From NCBI GenBank assembly GCA_964016885.1, contig OZ024743.1, positions 141,050,001 through 141,114,000 on the forward strand: a DNA stretch of 64,000 nt, given 5' to 3'. The stretch comes from Eledone cirrhosa. Its lineage: Eukaryota. Positions 1 through 13,400 of this stretch are shown here, piece by piece (the first letter of the stretch is position 1; each line of letters begins with the position of its first letter). The notes under the pieces were generated by a model. That model made no database searches and was not told the origin of the DNA. It saw only the letters and a program-made list of their open reading frames with translations. The position numbers and the translations under genes were made by a program.

Positions 1-3000
1 CAAACACCAAACACCAAACAGCAAACACCAAACAGCAAACACCAAACACCAAACACCAACCAGCAAACACCAAACACCAAACACCAAACAGCAAAAGCCA
101 AATATCAAACGCCAGACACCAAACGCCAAACAGCAAACGCCAAACACCAAACGCCAAACAGCAAGCACCAAGCACCAAACACCAAACACCAAGCACCAAG
201 CACCAAACACCAAACACCAAGCACCAAGCACCAAACACCAAGCACCAAGCACTAAACACCAAACACCAAGCACCAAGCACCAAGCACCAAACACCAAGTA
301 CCAAACACCAAGCACCAAACACCAAGCACCAAGCACCAAGCACCAAGCACCAAACACCAAGCACCAAGCACCAAACACCAACCAGCAAACACCAAACACC
401 AAACACCAAACAGCAAACAGCAAACACCAAACACCAAATAGCAAACACCAAAAAGCAGACGCCAAGCCCCAAACGCCAAACAGCAAACGCCAAGCACCAA
501 ACACCAAACACCAAGCGCCAAGCACCAAACACCAAACACCAAGCACCAAGCACCAAACACCAAACACCAAGCACCAAGCACCAAAGAGCAAACACCAAGC
601 CCCAAGCACCAAACACCCAACACCAAACACCAAACATCAAACACCAATCACGAATCACCAAACAGCAAACAGCAAACACCAAACACCAAACACCAAACAC
701 CAAGCACCAAGCACCAAACACCAAACACCAAGCACCAAGCACCAAACACCAAACACCAAGCACCAAGCACTAAACACCAAACACCAAGCAGCAAGCACCA
801 AGCACCAAACACCAAGCACCAAGCACCAGGCACCAAACACCAAGCACCAAGCACCAGACACCAAAAACCAAGCACCAAACAACAAGCACCAAACACCAAG
901 CACCAAGCACCAAGCACCAGATACCAAGCACCAAGCACCAAGCACCAAACACCAAACACCAAGCACCAAGTACCACGCACCAAACACCAAACACCAAGCA
1001 CCAAACACCAAGCACCAAACACCAAGCACCAAGCACCAAAACACCAAAAACCAAGCACCAAGCACTAAACACCAAGCACCAAGCACCAAGCATCAAGCAC
1101 CAAGCACCAAGCACCAAGCACCAAACACCAAGCACCAAGCAGCAGGCACCAAGCACCAAACACCAAGCATCAAGCACCAAACAGCAAACATCAAGCACCA
1201 AACACCAAACACCAAGTACCAAGCACCAAACACCAAACACCAAGGACCAAACAGCAAACACCAAACAGCAAACAGCAAACACCAAACACCAACCAGCAAA
1301 CACCAAACACCAAACACCAAACCACAAACACCAAACAGCAAACACCAAACAGCAACGACCAAACACCAAACACCAAACAGCAAACGCCAAAAAGCAAACG
1401 CCAAACCCCAAACGCCAAACAGCAAATGCCAAACCCCAAATGCCAAACAGCAAACGCCAAGCACCAAACACCAAACACCTAGCACCAAGCACCAAACCCC
1501 AAACACCAAACACCAAGTACAAAACACCAACCACCAAGCACCAAACACCAAACAGCAAACGCCAAAAAGCAAATGCCAAACCCCATACGCCAAACAGGAA
1601 ATGCCAAACCCCAAACGCCAAACAGCAAACGCCAAGCACCAAACACCAAACACCAAGTGCCAAGCACCAAACACCAAACACCAAGCACCAAGCACCAAAC
1701 ACCAAACACCAAGCAGCAATCACCAAACACCAAGCACCAAGCGCCAAACACCAAACACCAAACTCCTAGCACCAAGCACCAAGCACCAAACACCAAGCAC
1801 CAAACACCAAGCACCAAGCACAAAGCACCAAGCACCAAACACCAATCACCAAGCCCCAAGCACCAAACACCAAACACCAAGCACCAAGCACCAAGCACCA
1901 AGCACCAGACACCAAACACCAAGCACGAAGCACCAAACACCAAAAACCAATCACCAAGCCCCAAGTACCAAACACCAAGCACCAAACACCAAACAGCAAA
2001 CACTAAACAACAAACTCCAAACAGCAAACACCAAACACCAAATATCAAACACCAAACAGCAAACACCAAACAGCAAACAGCAAACACCAAACACCAACCA
2101 GCAAACACCAAACAGCAAACACCAAACAGCAAACGCCAAACAGCAAACACAAACACCAAACACCAAACACCAAGCACCAAGCACCAAGCACAAAACACCA
2201 AGCACCAAGCGCCAAACACCAAACACCAAGCACCAAGCACCAAGCACCAAGCACCAAACACCAAACACCAAACACCAAACAGCAAACAGCAAACTCCAAA
2301 CACCAAACACCAAACAGCAAACACCAAACACCAAACAGCAAACACCAAACAGCAAACAGCAAACACCAAACACCAACCAGCAAACACCAAGCACCAAACA
2401 CCAAGCACCAAGCAACAAGCACCAATCACCAAGCACCAAGCACTAAACACCAAACCCCAAGCACCAAGCACCATGGACCAAACAACAAGCATCAAGCACC
2501 AAGCACCAAACGCCAAGCACCAAGCACCAAACACCAAGCACCAAGCACCATGCACCAAACACCAAGCACCAAAGACCAAGCACCAAATACCAAGCACCAA
2601 GCACCAAACACCAATCACCAAGCACCAAGCACCAAACACCAAGAACCCAGCACCAATCACTAAACACCAAACACCAAGCACCAAGCACCAAATCCCAAGC
2701 ACCAAACACCAAGCACCAAGCACCAAACACCAAACACCAAGCACCAAGCACCATGCACCAATCACCAAACACCAAGCACCAAGCACCAAGCACCAAAAAC
2801 CAAGCACCAAGCTCCAAGGACCAAACACCAAGCACCAAACACCAAACACCAAGCACCAAGCATGAAACACCAAGCACCAAGTGCCAAACACCAAACACCA
2901 AGCACCAAGCATCAAATACCAAGCACCAAGCACCAAGCACCAAGCACCAAACACCAAACACCAAACACCAAACACCAAACAGCAAACAGCAAACTCCAAA

Positions 3001-5300
3001 CACCAAACACCAAACAGCAAACACCAAACACCAAACAGCAAACACCAAACAGCAAACACCAAACACCAAACACCAACCAGCAAACACCAAACACCAAACA
3101 CCAAACAGCAAAAGCCAAATATCAAACGCCAGACACCAAACGCCAAACAGCAAACGCCAAACACCAAACGCCAAACAGCAAGCACCAAGCACCAAACACC
3201 AAACACCAAGCACCAAGCACCAAACACCAAACACCAAGCACCAAGCACCAAACACCAAGCACCAAGCACTAAACACCAAACACCAAGCACCAAGCACCAA
3301 GCACCAAACACCAAGTACCAAACACCAAGCACCAAACACCAAGCACCAAGCACCAAGCACCAAGCACCAAACACCAAGCACCAAGCACCAAACACCAACC
3401 AGCAAACACCAAACACCAAACACCAAACAGCAAACACCAAACACCAAACACCAAATAGCAAACACCAAAAAGCAGACGCCAAGCCCCAAACGCCAAACAG
3501 CAAACGCCAAGCACCAAACACCAAACACCAAGCGCCAAGCACCAAACACCAAACACCAAGCACCAAGCACCAAACACCAAACACCAAGCACCAAGCACCA
3601 AAGAGCAAACACCAAGCCCCAAGCACCAAACACCCAACACCAAACACCAAACATCAAACACCAATCACGAATCACCAAACAGCAAACAGCAAACACCAAA
3701 CACCAAACACCAAACACCAAGCACCAAGCACCAAACACCAAACACCAAGCACCAAGCACCAAACACCAAACACCAAGCACCAAGCACTAAACACCAAACA
3801 CCAAGCAGCAAGCACCAAGCACCAAACACCAAGCACCAAGCACCAGGCACCAAACACCAAGCACCAAGCACCAGACACCAAAAACCAAGCACCAAACAAC
3901 AAGCACCAAACACCAAGCACCAAGCACCAAGCACCAGATACCAAGCACCAAGCACCAAGCACCAAACACCAAACACCAAGCACCAAGTACCACGCACCAA
4001 ACACCAAACACCAAGCACCAAACACCAAGCACCAAACACCAAGCACCAAGCACCAAAACACCAAAAACCAAGCACCAAGCACTAAACACCAAGCACCAAG
4101 CACCAAGCATCAAGCACCAAGCACCAAGCACCAAGCACCAAACACCAAGCACCAAGCAGCAGGCACCAAGCACCAAACACCAAGCATCAAGCACCAAACA
4201 GCAAACATCAAGCACCAAACACCAAACACCAAGTACCAAGCACCAAACACCAAACACCAAGGACCAAACAGCAAACACCAAACAGCAAACAGCAAACACC
4301 AAACACCAACCAGCAAACACCAAACACCAAACACCAAACCACAAACACCAAACAGCAAACACCAAACAGCAACGACCAAACACCAAACACCAAACAGCAA
4401 ACGCCAAAAAGCAAACGCCAAACCCCAAACGCCAAACAGCAAATGCCAAACCCCAAATGCCAAACAGCAAACGCCAAGCACCAAACACCAAACACCTAGC
4501 ACCAAGCACCAAACCCCAAACACCAAACACCAAGTACAAAACACCAACCACCAAGCACCAAACACCAAACAGCAAACGCCAAAAAGCAAATGCCAAACCC
4601 CATACGCCAAACAGGAAATGCCAAACCCCAAACGCCAAACAGCAAACGCCAAGCACCAAACACCAAACACCAAGTGCCAAGCACCAAACACCAAACACCA
4701 AGCACCAAGCACCAAACACCAAACACCAAGCAGCAATCACCAAACACCAAGCACCAAGCGCCAAACACCAAACACCAAACTCCTAACACCAAGCACCAAG
4801 CACCAAACACCAAGCACCAAACACCAAGCACCAAGCACAAAGCACCAAGCACCAAACACCAATCACCAAGCCCCAAGCACCAAACACCAAACACCAAGCA
4901 CCAAGCACCAAGCACCAAGCACCAGACACCAAACACCAAGCACGAAGCACCAAACACCAAAAACCAATCACCAAGCCCCAAGTACCAAACACCAAGCACC
5001 AAACACCAAACAGCAAACACTAAACAACAAACTCCAAACAGCAAACACCAAACACCAAATATCAAACACCAAACAGCAAACACCAAACAGCAAACAGCAA
5101 ACACCAAACACCAACCAGCAAACACCAAACAGCAAACACCAAACAGCAAACGCCAAACAGCAAACACAAACACCAAACACCAACACCAAGCACCAAGCAC
5201 CAAGCACAAAACACCAAGCACCAAGCGCCAAACACCAAACACCAAGCACCAAGCACCAAGCACCAAGCACCAAACACCAAACACCAAACACCAAACAGCA
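1..5300 (+). repeat. Tandem higher-order duplication, period 3017 bp (431 monomers): ~1-2290 recurs at ~3018-5300, with looser similarity to ~5750
   Basis: Marker GCAAAAGCCAAATATCAAACGCCAGAC at 91 and 3108. ORF pairs 252/3269, 648/3665, 770/3787, 1440/4457 and 1766/4783 are all offset by 3017. Visible differences: 420 G vs 3437 C, and 1769 G vs 4786 A. Confidence 0.95.
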
Positions 5301-5959
5301 AACACCAATCACCAAACACCAAACACGAAACACCAAACAGCAAACACCAAACACCAAACACCAAACACCAAACAGCAAACACCAAACACCAAACACCAAA
5401 CAGCAAACACCAAACAGCAAACACCAAACAGCAAACACCAAACAGCAAACACCAAACAGCAAACAGCAAACAGCAAACAGCAAACACCAAACACCAAGCA
5501 CCAAACACCAAGCACCAAGCAACAAGCGCCAATCAGCAAGCACCAAGCACTAAACACCAAACACCAAGCACCAAGCACCATGCACCAAACACCAAGCATG
5601 AAGCACCAAGCACCAAACGCCAAGCACCAAGCACCAAACACCAAGCACCAAGCACCAAGCACCAGACACCAAGCACCAAAGACCAAGCACCAAATACCAA
5701 GCACCAAGCCCTAAACACCAATCACCAAGCCCCAAGCACCAAACACCAAGAACCAAGCACCAAAACACCAAAAACCAAGCACCAAGCACTAAACACCAAG
5801 CACCAAGCACCAAGCATCAAGCACCAAGCACCAAGCACCAAGCACCAAACACGAAGCACCAAGCACCAGGCACCAAACAGCAAATACCAAGCACCAAACA
5901 CCAAGCACCAAGCACCAAACACCAAACACCAAGCACCAAGCACCAAACACCAAACACCA

Positions 5960-7210
5960 AGCACCAAACAGCAAACACCAAACAGCAAACACCAAACACC
6001 AAACACCAACCAGCAAACACCAAACACCAAACACCAAACCACAAACACCAAACAGCAAACACCAAACAGCAAACACCAAACACCAATCACCAAGCCCCAA
6101 GCACCAAACACCAAGCACCAAGCACCAAGCACCCAGAACCAAGCACCAAGCACCAAAGACCAAACACCAAGCACCAAGCACCAAACACCAAACACCTAGC
6201 ACCAAGCACCAAGCACCAAGCACCAAACACCATGCACCAAGCACGAAGCACCAAACACCAAGAACCAAGCACCAAAACACCAAAAACCAAGAACCAAGCA
6301 CCAAAACACCAAACACCAAGCACCAAGCACCAGACACCAAACACCAAGCACCAAACAGCAAGCATCAAGCACCAAGCACCAAGCACCAAGCACCAAACAC
6401 CAATCATCAAGCACCAAACAGCAAACACCAAGCACCAAACACCAAACACCAAGCACCAAGCACCAAACACCAAACACCAAGCACCAAGCACCAAACACCA
6501 AACACCAAGCACCAAACAGCAAACACCAAACAGCAAACACCAAACACCAAACACCAACCAGCAAACACCAAACACCAAACACCAAACCACAAACACCAAA
6601 CAGCAAACACCAAACAGCAAACACCAAACACCAATCACCAAGCCCCAAGCACCAAACACCAAGCACCAAGCACCAAGCACCCAGAACCAAGCCCCAAGCA
6701 CCAAAGACCAAACACCAAGCACCAAGCACCAAACACCAAACACCAAGCACCAAGCACCAAGCACCAAACACCATGCACCAAGCACGAAGCACCAAACACC
6801 AAGAACCAAGCACCAAAACACCAAAAACCAAGAACCAAGCACCAAAACACCAAAAACCAAGCACCAAGCACTAAACACCAAGCACCAAGCACCAAGCATC
6901 AAGCACCAAGCACCAAGCACCAAGCACCAAACACCAATCATCAAGCACCAAACAGCAAACACCAAGCACCAAACACCAAACACCAAGCACCAAGCACCAA
7001 ACACCAAACACCAAACACCAAACAGCAAACACCAAACAGCAAACACCAAACACCAAACACCAACCAGCAAACACGAAACACCAAACCACAAACACCAAAC
7101 AGCAAACACCAAACAGCAAACACCAAACACCAATCACCAAGCCCCAAGCACCAAACACCAAGCACCAAGCACCAAGCACCCAGAACCAAGCACCAAGCAC
7201 CAAAGACCAA
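5960..7210 (+). repeat. ~500-550 bp sub-repeat, about 2.5 copies (duplicated again at ~12730-14080)
   Basis: CACCCAGAACC at ~6130, 6678 and 7177. CCAAACCACAAAC at ~6033, 6582 and 7081. Minus-strand ORF starts at 6086, 6634 and 7133 share the same context. Confidence 0.8.
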
Positions 7211-7479
7211 TCACCAAGCACCAAAGAGCAAACACCAAGCCCCAAGCACCAAACACCAAACACCAAACACCAAACAGCAAACACTAAACACCAAACACCA
7301 AACAGCAAACACCAAACACCAAATATCAAACACCAAACAGCAAACACCAAACAGCAAACAGCAAACACCAAACACCAACCAGCAAACACCAAACAGCAAA
7401 CACCAAACAGCAAACGCCAAACAGCAAACACAAACACCAAACACCAAACACCAAGCACCAAGCACCAAGCACAAAACAC

Positions 7480-10400
7480 CAAGCACCAAGCGCCAAACAC
7501 CAAACACCAAGCACCAAGCACCAAGCACCAAGCACCAAACACCAAACAGCAAACACCAAACAGCAAACAGCAAACAGCAAACACCAAACACCAAACACCA
7601 AGCACCAAACACCAAGCACCAAGCAACAAGCACCAATCAGCAAGCAGCAAGCACTAAACACCAAACACCAAGCACCAAGCACCATGCACCAAACACCAAG
7701 CATGAAGCACCAAGCACCAAACGCCAAGCACCAAGCAACAAACACCAAGCACCAAGCACCAAGCACCAAGCACCAAACACCAAGCACCAAAGACCAAGCA
7801 CCAAATACCAAGCACCAAGCACCAAACACCAATCACCAAGCCCCAAGCACCAAACACCAAGAATTAAGCACCAATCACTAAACACCAAACACCAAGCACC
7901 AAGCACCAAACTCCAAACACCAAACACCAAGCACCAAGCACCAAATCCCAAGCACCAAACACCAAGCACCAAGCACCAAACACCAAACACCAAGCACCAA
8001 GCACCAGACACCAAGCACCAAGCACCAAGCACCAAGCACCAAAAACCAAGCACCAAGCTCCAAGCACCAAACACCAAGCACCAAACACCAAACACCAAGC
8101 ACCAAGCACCAAACACCAAGCACCAAGCGCCAAACACCAAACACCAAGAAGAAAGTACCAAACACCAACCACCAACCACCAAGCACAAAACACCAAGCAC
8201 CAAGCACCAAACACCAAACACCAAGCCCCAAGCACCAAACACCAAATACCAAGCACCAAGCACCAAGCACCAAGCACCAAACACCAAGCACCAAGCACCA
8301 AGCACCAAACACCAAGCACCAAACACCAAACACCCAGCACCAAGCACGAAACACCAAGCACCAAGCGCCAAACACCAAACACCAAGCACCAAGCACCAAA
8401 TACCAAGCACCAAGCACAAAGAACCAAGCACCAAACACCAAACAGCAAACAGCAAACACCAAACACCAAACCGCAAACACCAAACAGCAAACACCAAACA
8501 CCAAACAGCAACCAGCAAACACCAAACACCAAACACCAAACAGCAAACGCCAAACATCAAACGCAAAACACCAAACGCCAAACAGCAAACGCCAAACACC
8601 AAACGCCAAACAGCAAGCACCAAGCACTAAACACCAAACACCAAGCACCAAACACCAAACACCAAGCACCAAGCACCAAACACCAAACACCAAGCACCAA
8701 GCACCAAACACCAAACACCAAGCACCAAGCACCAAGCACCAAACACCAAGCACCAAGCACCAAGCACCAAACACCAAGCACCAAGCACCAAACACGAAGC
8801 ACCAAACACCAAGCACCAAGCACCAAGCACCAAACACCAAGCACCAAACAGCAAGCACCAAACACCAAGCACCAAGCACCAAAACACCAAAAACCAAGCA
8901 CCAAGCACTAAACACCAAGCACCAAGCACCAAGCATCAAACACCAAGCACCAAGCACCAAGCACCAAACACCAAGCACCAAGCACCAGGCACCAACCCCC
9001 AAACACCAAGCATCAAGCACCAAACAGCAATAACCAAGCACCAAACACCAAGCATCAAGCACCAAGCACCAAGCACCAAGCACCAAACACCAAGCACCAA
9101 GCACCAGGCACCAAACACCAAACACCAAGCACCAAGCACCAAACACCAAACACCAAGCACCAAGCACCAAACACCAAACCACAAACACCAAACAGCAAAC
9201 ACCAAACAGCAAACAGCAAACACCAAACACCAAACAGCAAACGCCAAAAAGCAAATGCCAAACCCCATACGCCAAACAGCAAATGCCAAACCCCAAACGC
9301 CAAACAGCAAACGCCAAGCACCAAACACCAAACACCAAGCGCCAAGCACCAAACACCAAACACCAAGCACCAATCACCAAACACCAAGCACCAAGCGCCA
9401 AACACCAAACACCAAACTCCTAGCACCAAGCACTAAGCACCAAACACCAAGCACCAAACACCAAGCACCAAGCACCAAGCACCAAGCACCAAACACCAAT
9501 CACCAAGCCCCACGCACCAAACACCAAGCACCAAGCACCAAGCACCCAGAACCAAGCACCAAGCAACAAACACCAAACACCAAGCACCAAGCACCAAATA
9601 CCAAACACCAAGCACCAAGCAGCAAGCACCAAGCACCAAACACCATACACCAAGCACGAAGCACCAAACACCAAAAACCAATCACCAAGCACCAAAGAGC
9701 AAACACCAAGCCCCAAGTACCAAACACCAAACACCAAACACCAAACAGCAAACACTAAACACCAAACTCCAAACAGCAAACACCAAACACCAAATATCAA
9801 ACACCAACCAGCAAACACCAAACAGCAAACACCAAACAGCAAACACCAAACAGCAAACAGAAAACACCAAACACCAACCAGCAAACACCAAGCACCAAAC
9901 ACCAAACAGCAAACGGCAAAAAGCAAATGCCAAACCCCATACGCCAAACAGCAAATGCCAAATCCCAAACGCCAAACAGCAAATGCCAAGCGCCAAACAC
10001 CAAACACCAAGCGCCAAGCACCAAACGCCAAACACCAAGCACCAAGCACCAAACACCAAACACCAAGCACCAATCACCAAGCACCAAGCACCAATCGCCA
10101 AACACCAAACACCAAACTCCTAGCACCAAGCACCAAGCACCAAACACCAAGCACCAAACACCAAGCACCAAGCACCAAGCACCAAGCACCAAACACCAAT
10201 CACCAAGCCCCAAGCACCAAATAACAAGCACCAAGCACCAAGCACCCAGAACCAAGCACCAAGCACCAAGCTCCAAGCACCAAGCACCAAGCACCAAACA
10301 CCAAACACCAAGCACCAAGCACCAAACACCAAGCACCAAGCGCCAAACACCAAACACCAAGAACAAAGTACCAAACACCAAGCACCAACCACCAAGCACA

Positions 10401-13400
10401 AAACACCAAGCACCAAGCACCAAGCACCAAACACCAAGCACCAAGCACCAAGCACCAAACACCAAACACCAAGCACCAAGCACCAAGCACCAAGCACCAA
10501 ACACCAAACAGCAAACACCAAACAGCAAACAGCAAACAGCAAACACCAAACACCAAACACCAAGCACCAAACACCAAGCACCAAGCAACAAGCACCAATC
10601 AGCAAGCAGCAAGCACTAAACACCAAACACCAAGCACCAAGCACCATGCACCAAACACCAAGCATGAAGCACCAAGCACCAAACGCCAAGCACCAAGCAA
10701 CAAACACCAAGCACCAAGCACCAAGCACCAAGCACCAAACACCAAGCACCAAAGACCAAGCACCAAATACCAAGCACCAAGCACCAAACACCAATCACCA
10801 AGCCCCAAGCACCAAACACCAAGAATTAAGCACCAATCACTAAACACCAAACACCAAGCACCAAGCACCAAACTCCAAACACCAAACACCAAGCACCAAG
10901 CACCAAATCCCAAGCACCAAACACCAAGCACCAAGCACCAAACACCAAACACCAAGCACCAAGCACCAGACACCAAGCACCAAGCACCAAGCACCAAGCA
11001 CCAAAAACCAAGCACCAAGCTCCAAGCACCAAACACCAAGCACCAAACACCAAACACCAAGCACCAAGCACCAAACACCAAGCACCAAGCGCCAAACACC
11101 AAACACCAAGAACAAAGTACCAAACACCAACCACCAACCACCAAGCACAAAACACCAAGCACCAAGCACCAATCACCAAACACCAAGCACCAAGCACCAA
11201 ACACCAAACACCAAGCACCAAGCACCAAACACCAAACACCAAGCCCCAAGCACCAAACACCAAATACCAAGCACCAAGCACCAAGCACCAAGCACCAAAC
11301 ACCAAGCACCAAACACCAAACACCAAGCACCAAGCACGAAACACCAAGCACCAAGCGCCAAACACCAAACACCAAGCACCAAGCACCAAATACCAAGCAC
11401 CAAGCACAAAGAACCAAGCACCAAACACCAAACAGCAAACAGCAAACACCAAACACCAAACACCAAACAGCAAACAGCAAACACCAAACCGCAAACACCA
11501 AACAGCAAACACCAAACACCAAACACCAACCAGCAAACACCAAACACCAAACACCAAACAGCAAACGCCAAACAGCAAACGCCAAACACCAAACGCCAAA
11601 CAGCAAGCACCAAGCACTAAACACCAAACACCAAGCACCAAACACCATACACCAAGCACCAAGCACCAAACACCAAACACCAAGCACCAAGCACCAAACA
11701 CCAAACACCAAGCACCAAGCACCAAGCACCAAACACCAAGCACCAAGCACCAAGCACCAAACACCAAGCACCAAGCACCAAACACGAAGCACCAAACACC
11801 AAGCACCAAGCACCAAGCACCAAACACCAAGCACCAAACAGCAAGCACCAAACACCAAGCACCAAGCACCAAAACACCAAAAACCAAGCACCAAGCACTA
11901 AACACCAAGCACCAAGCACCAAGCATCAAACACCAAGCACCAAGCACCAAGCACCAAACACCAAGCACCAAGCACCAGGCACCAAGCCCCAAACACCAAG
12001 CATCAAGCACCAAACAGCAAACACCAAGCACCAAACACCAAGCATCAAGCACCAAGCACCAAGCACCAAGCACCAAACACCAAGCACCAAGCACCAGGCA
12101 CCAAACACCAAACACCAAGCACCAAGCACCAAACACCAAACACCAAGCACCAAGCACCAAACACCAAACCACAAACACCAAACAGCAAACACCAAACAGC
12201 AAACAGCAAACACCAAACACCAAACAGCAAACGCCAAAAAGCAAATGCCAAACCCCATACGCCAAACAGCAAATGCCCAACCCCAAACGCCAAACAGCAA
12301 ACGCCAAGCGCCAAGCACCAAACACCAAACACCAAGCACCAATCACCAAACACCAAGCACCAAGCGCCAAACACCAAACACCAAACTCCTAGCACCAAGC
12401 ACTAAGCACCAAACACCAAGCACCAAACACCAAGCACCAAGCACCAAGCACCAAGCACCAAACACCAATCACCAAGCCCCACGCACCAAACACCAAGCAC
12501 CAAGCACCAAGCACCCAGAACCAAGCACCAAGCAACAAACACCAAACACCAAGCACCAAGCACCAAACACCAAACACCAAGCACCAAGCAGCAAGCATCA
12601 AGCACCAAACACCATACACCAAGCACGAAGCACCAAACACCAAAAACCAATCACCAAGCACCAAAGAGCAAACACCAAGCCCCAAGTACCAAACACCAAA
12701 CACCAAACACCAAACAGCAAACACCAAGCACCAAACAGCAAACACCAAACAGCAAACACCAAACACCAAACACCAACCAGCAAACACCAAACACCAAACA
12801 CCAAACCACAAACACCAAACAGCAAACACCAAACAGCAAACACCAAACACCAATCACCAAGCCCCAAGCACCAAACACCAAGCACCAAGCACCAAGCACC
12901 CAGAACCAAGCACCAAGCACCAAAGACCAAACACCAAGCACCAAGCACCAAACACCAAACACCTAGCACCAAGCACCAAGCACCAAGCACCAAACACCAT
13001 GCACCAAGCACGAAGCACCAAACACCAAGAACCAAGCACCAAAACACCAAAAACCAAGAACCAAGCACCAAAACACCAAACACCAAGCACCAAGCACCAG
13101 ACACCAAACACCAAGCACCAAACAGCAAGCATCAAGCACCAAGCACCAAGCACCAAGCACCAAACACCAATCATCAAGCACCAAACAGCAAACACCAAGC
13201 ACCAAACACCAAACACCAAGCACCAAGCACCAAACACCAAACACCAAGCACCAAGCACCAAACACCAAACACCAAGCACCAAACAGCAAACACCAAACAG
13301 CAAACACCAAACACCAAACACCAACCAGCAAACACCAAACACCAAACACCAAACCACAAACACCAAACAGCAAACACCAAACAGCAAACACCAAACACCA

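Noticed and set aside
56-64. CCAACCAGC (minus strand GCTGGTTGG) as Chi-like recombination sites
   Set aside because: It mismatches E. coli Chi (GCTGGTGG) and arises simply from a CACCAAC unit followed by CAGCAAA. There is no evidence of a bacterial context.
1479-3650. Minus-strand Trp/Cys/Leu/Val-rich ORFs as membrane proteins
   Set aside because: The hydrophobicity follows directly from translating a G/T-only strand. There are no loops, topology or family motifs.
2881-5553. Heptad TKHQAPS as an RNA polymerase II CTD-like or mucin-like repeat
   Set aside because: The resemblance to YSPTSPS is superficial. The DNA period is 7 rather than 21, there is no synonymous-site pattern, and no globular domain is attached.
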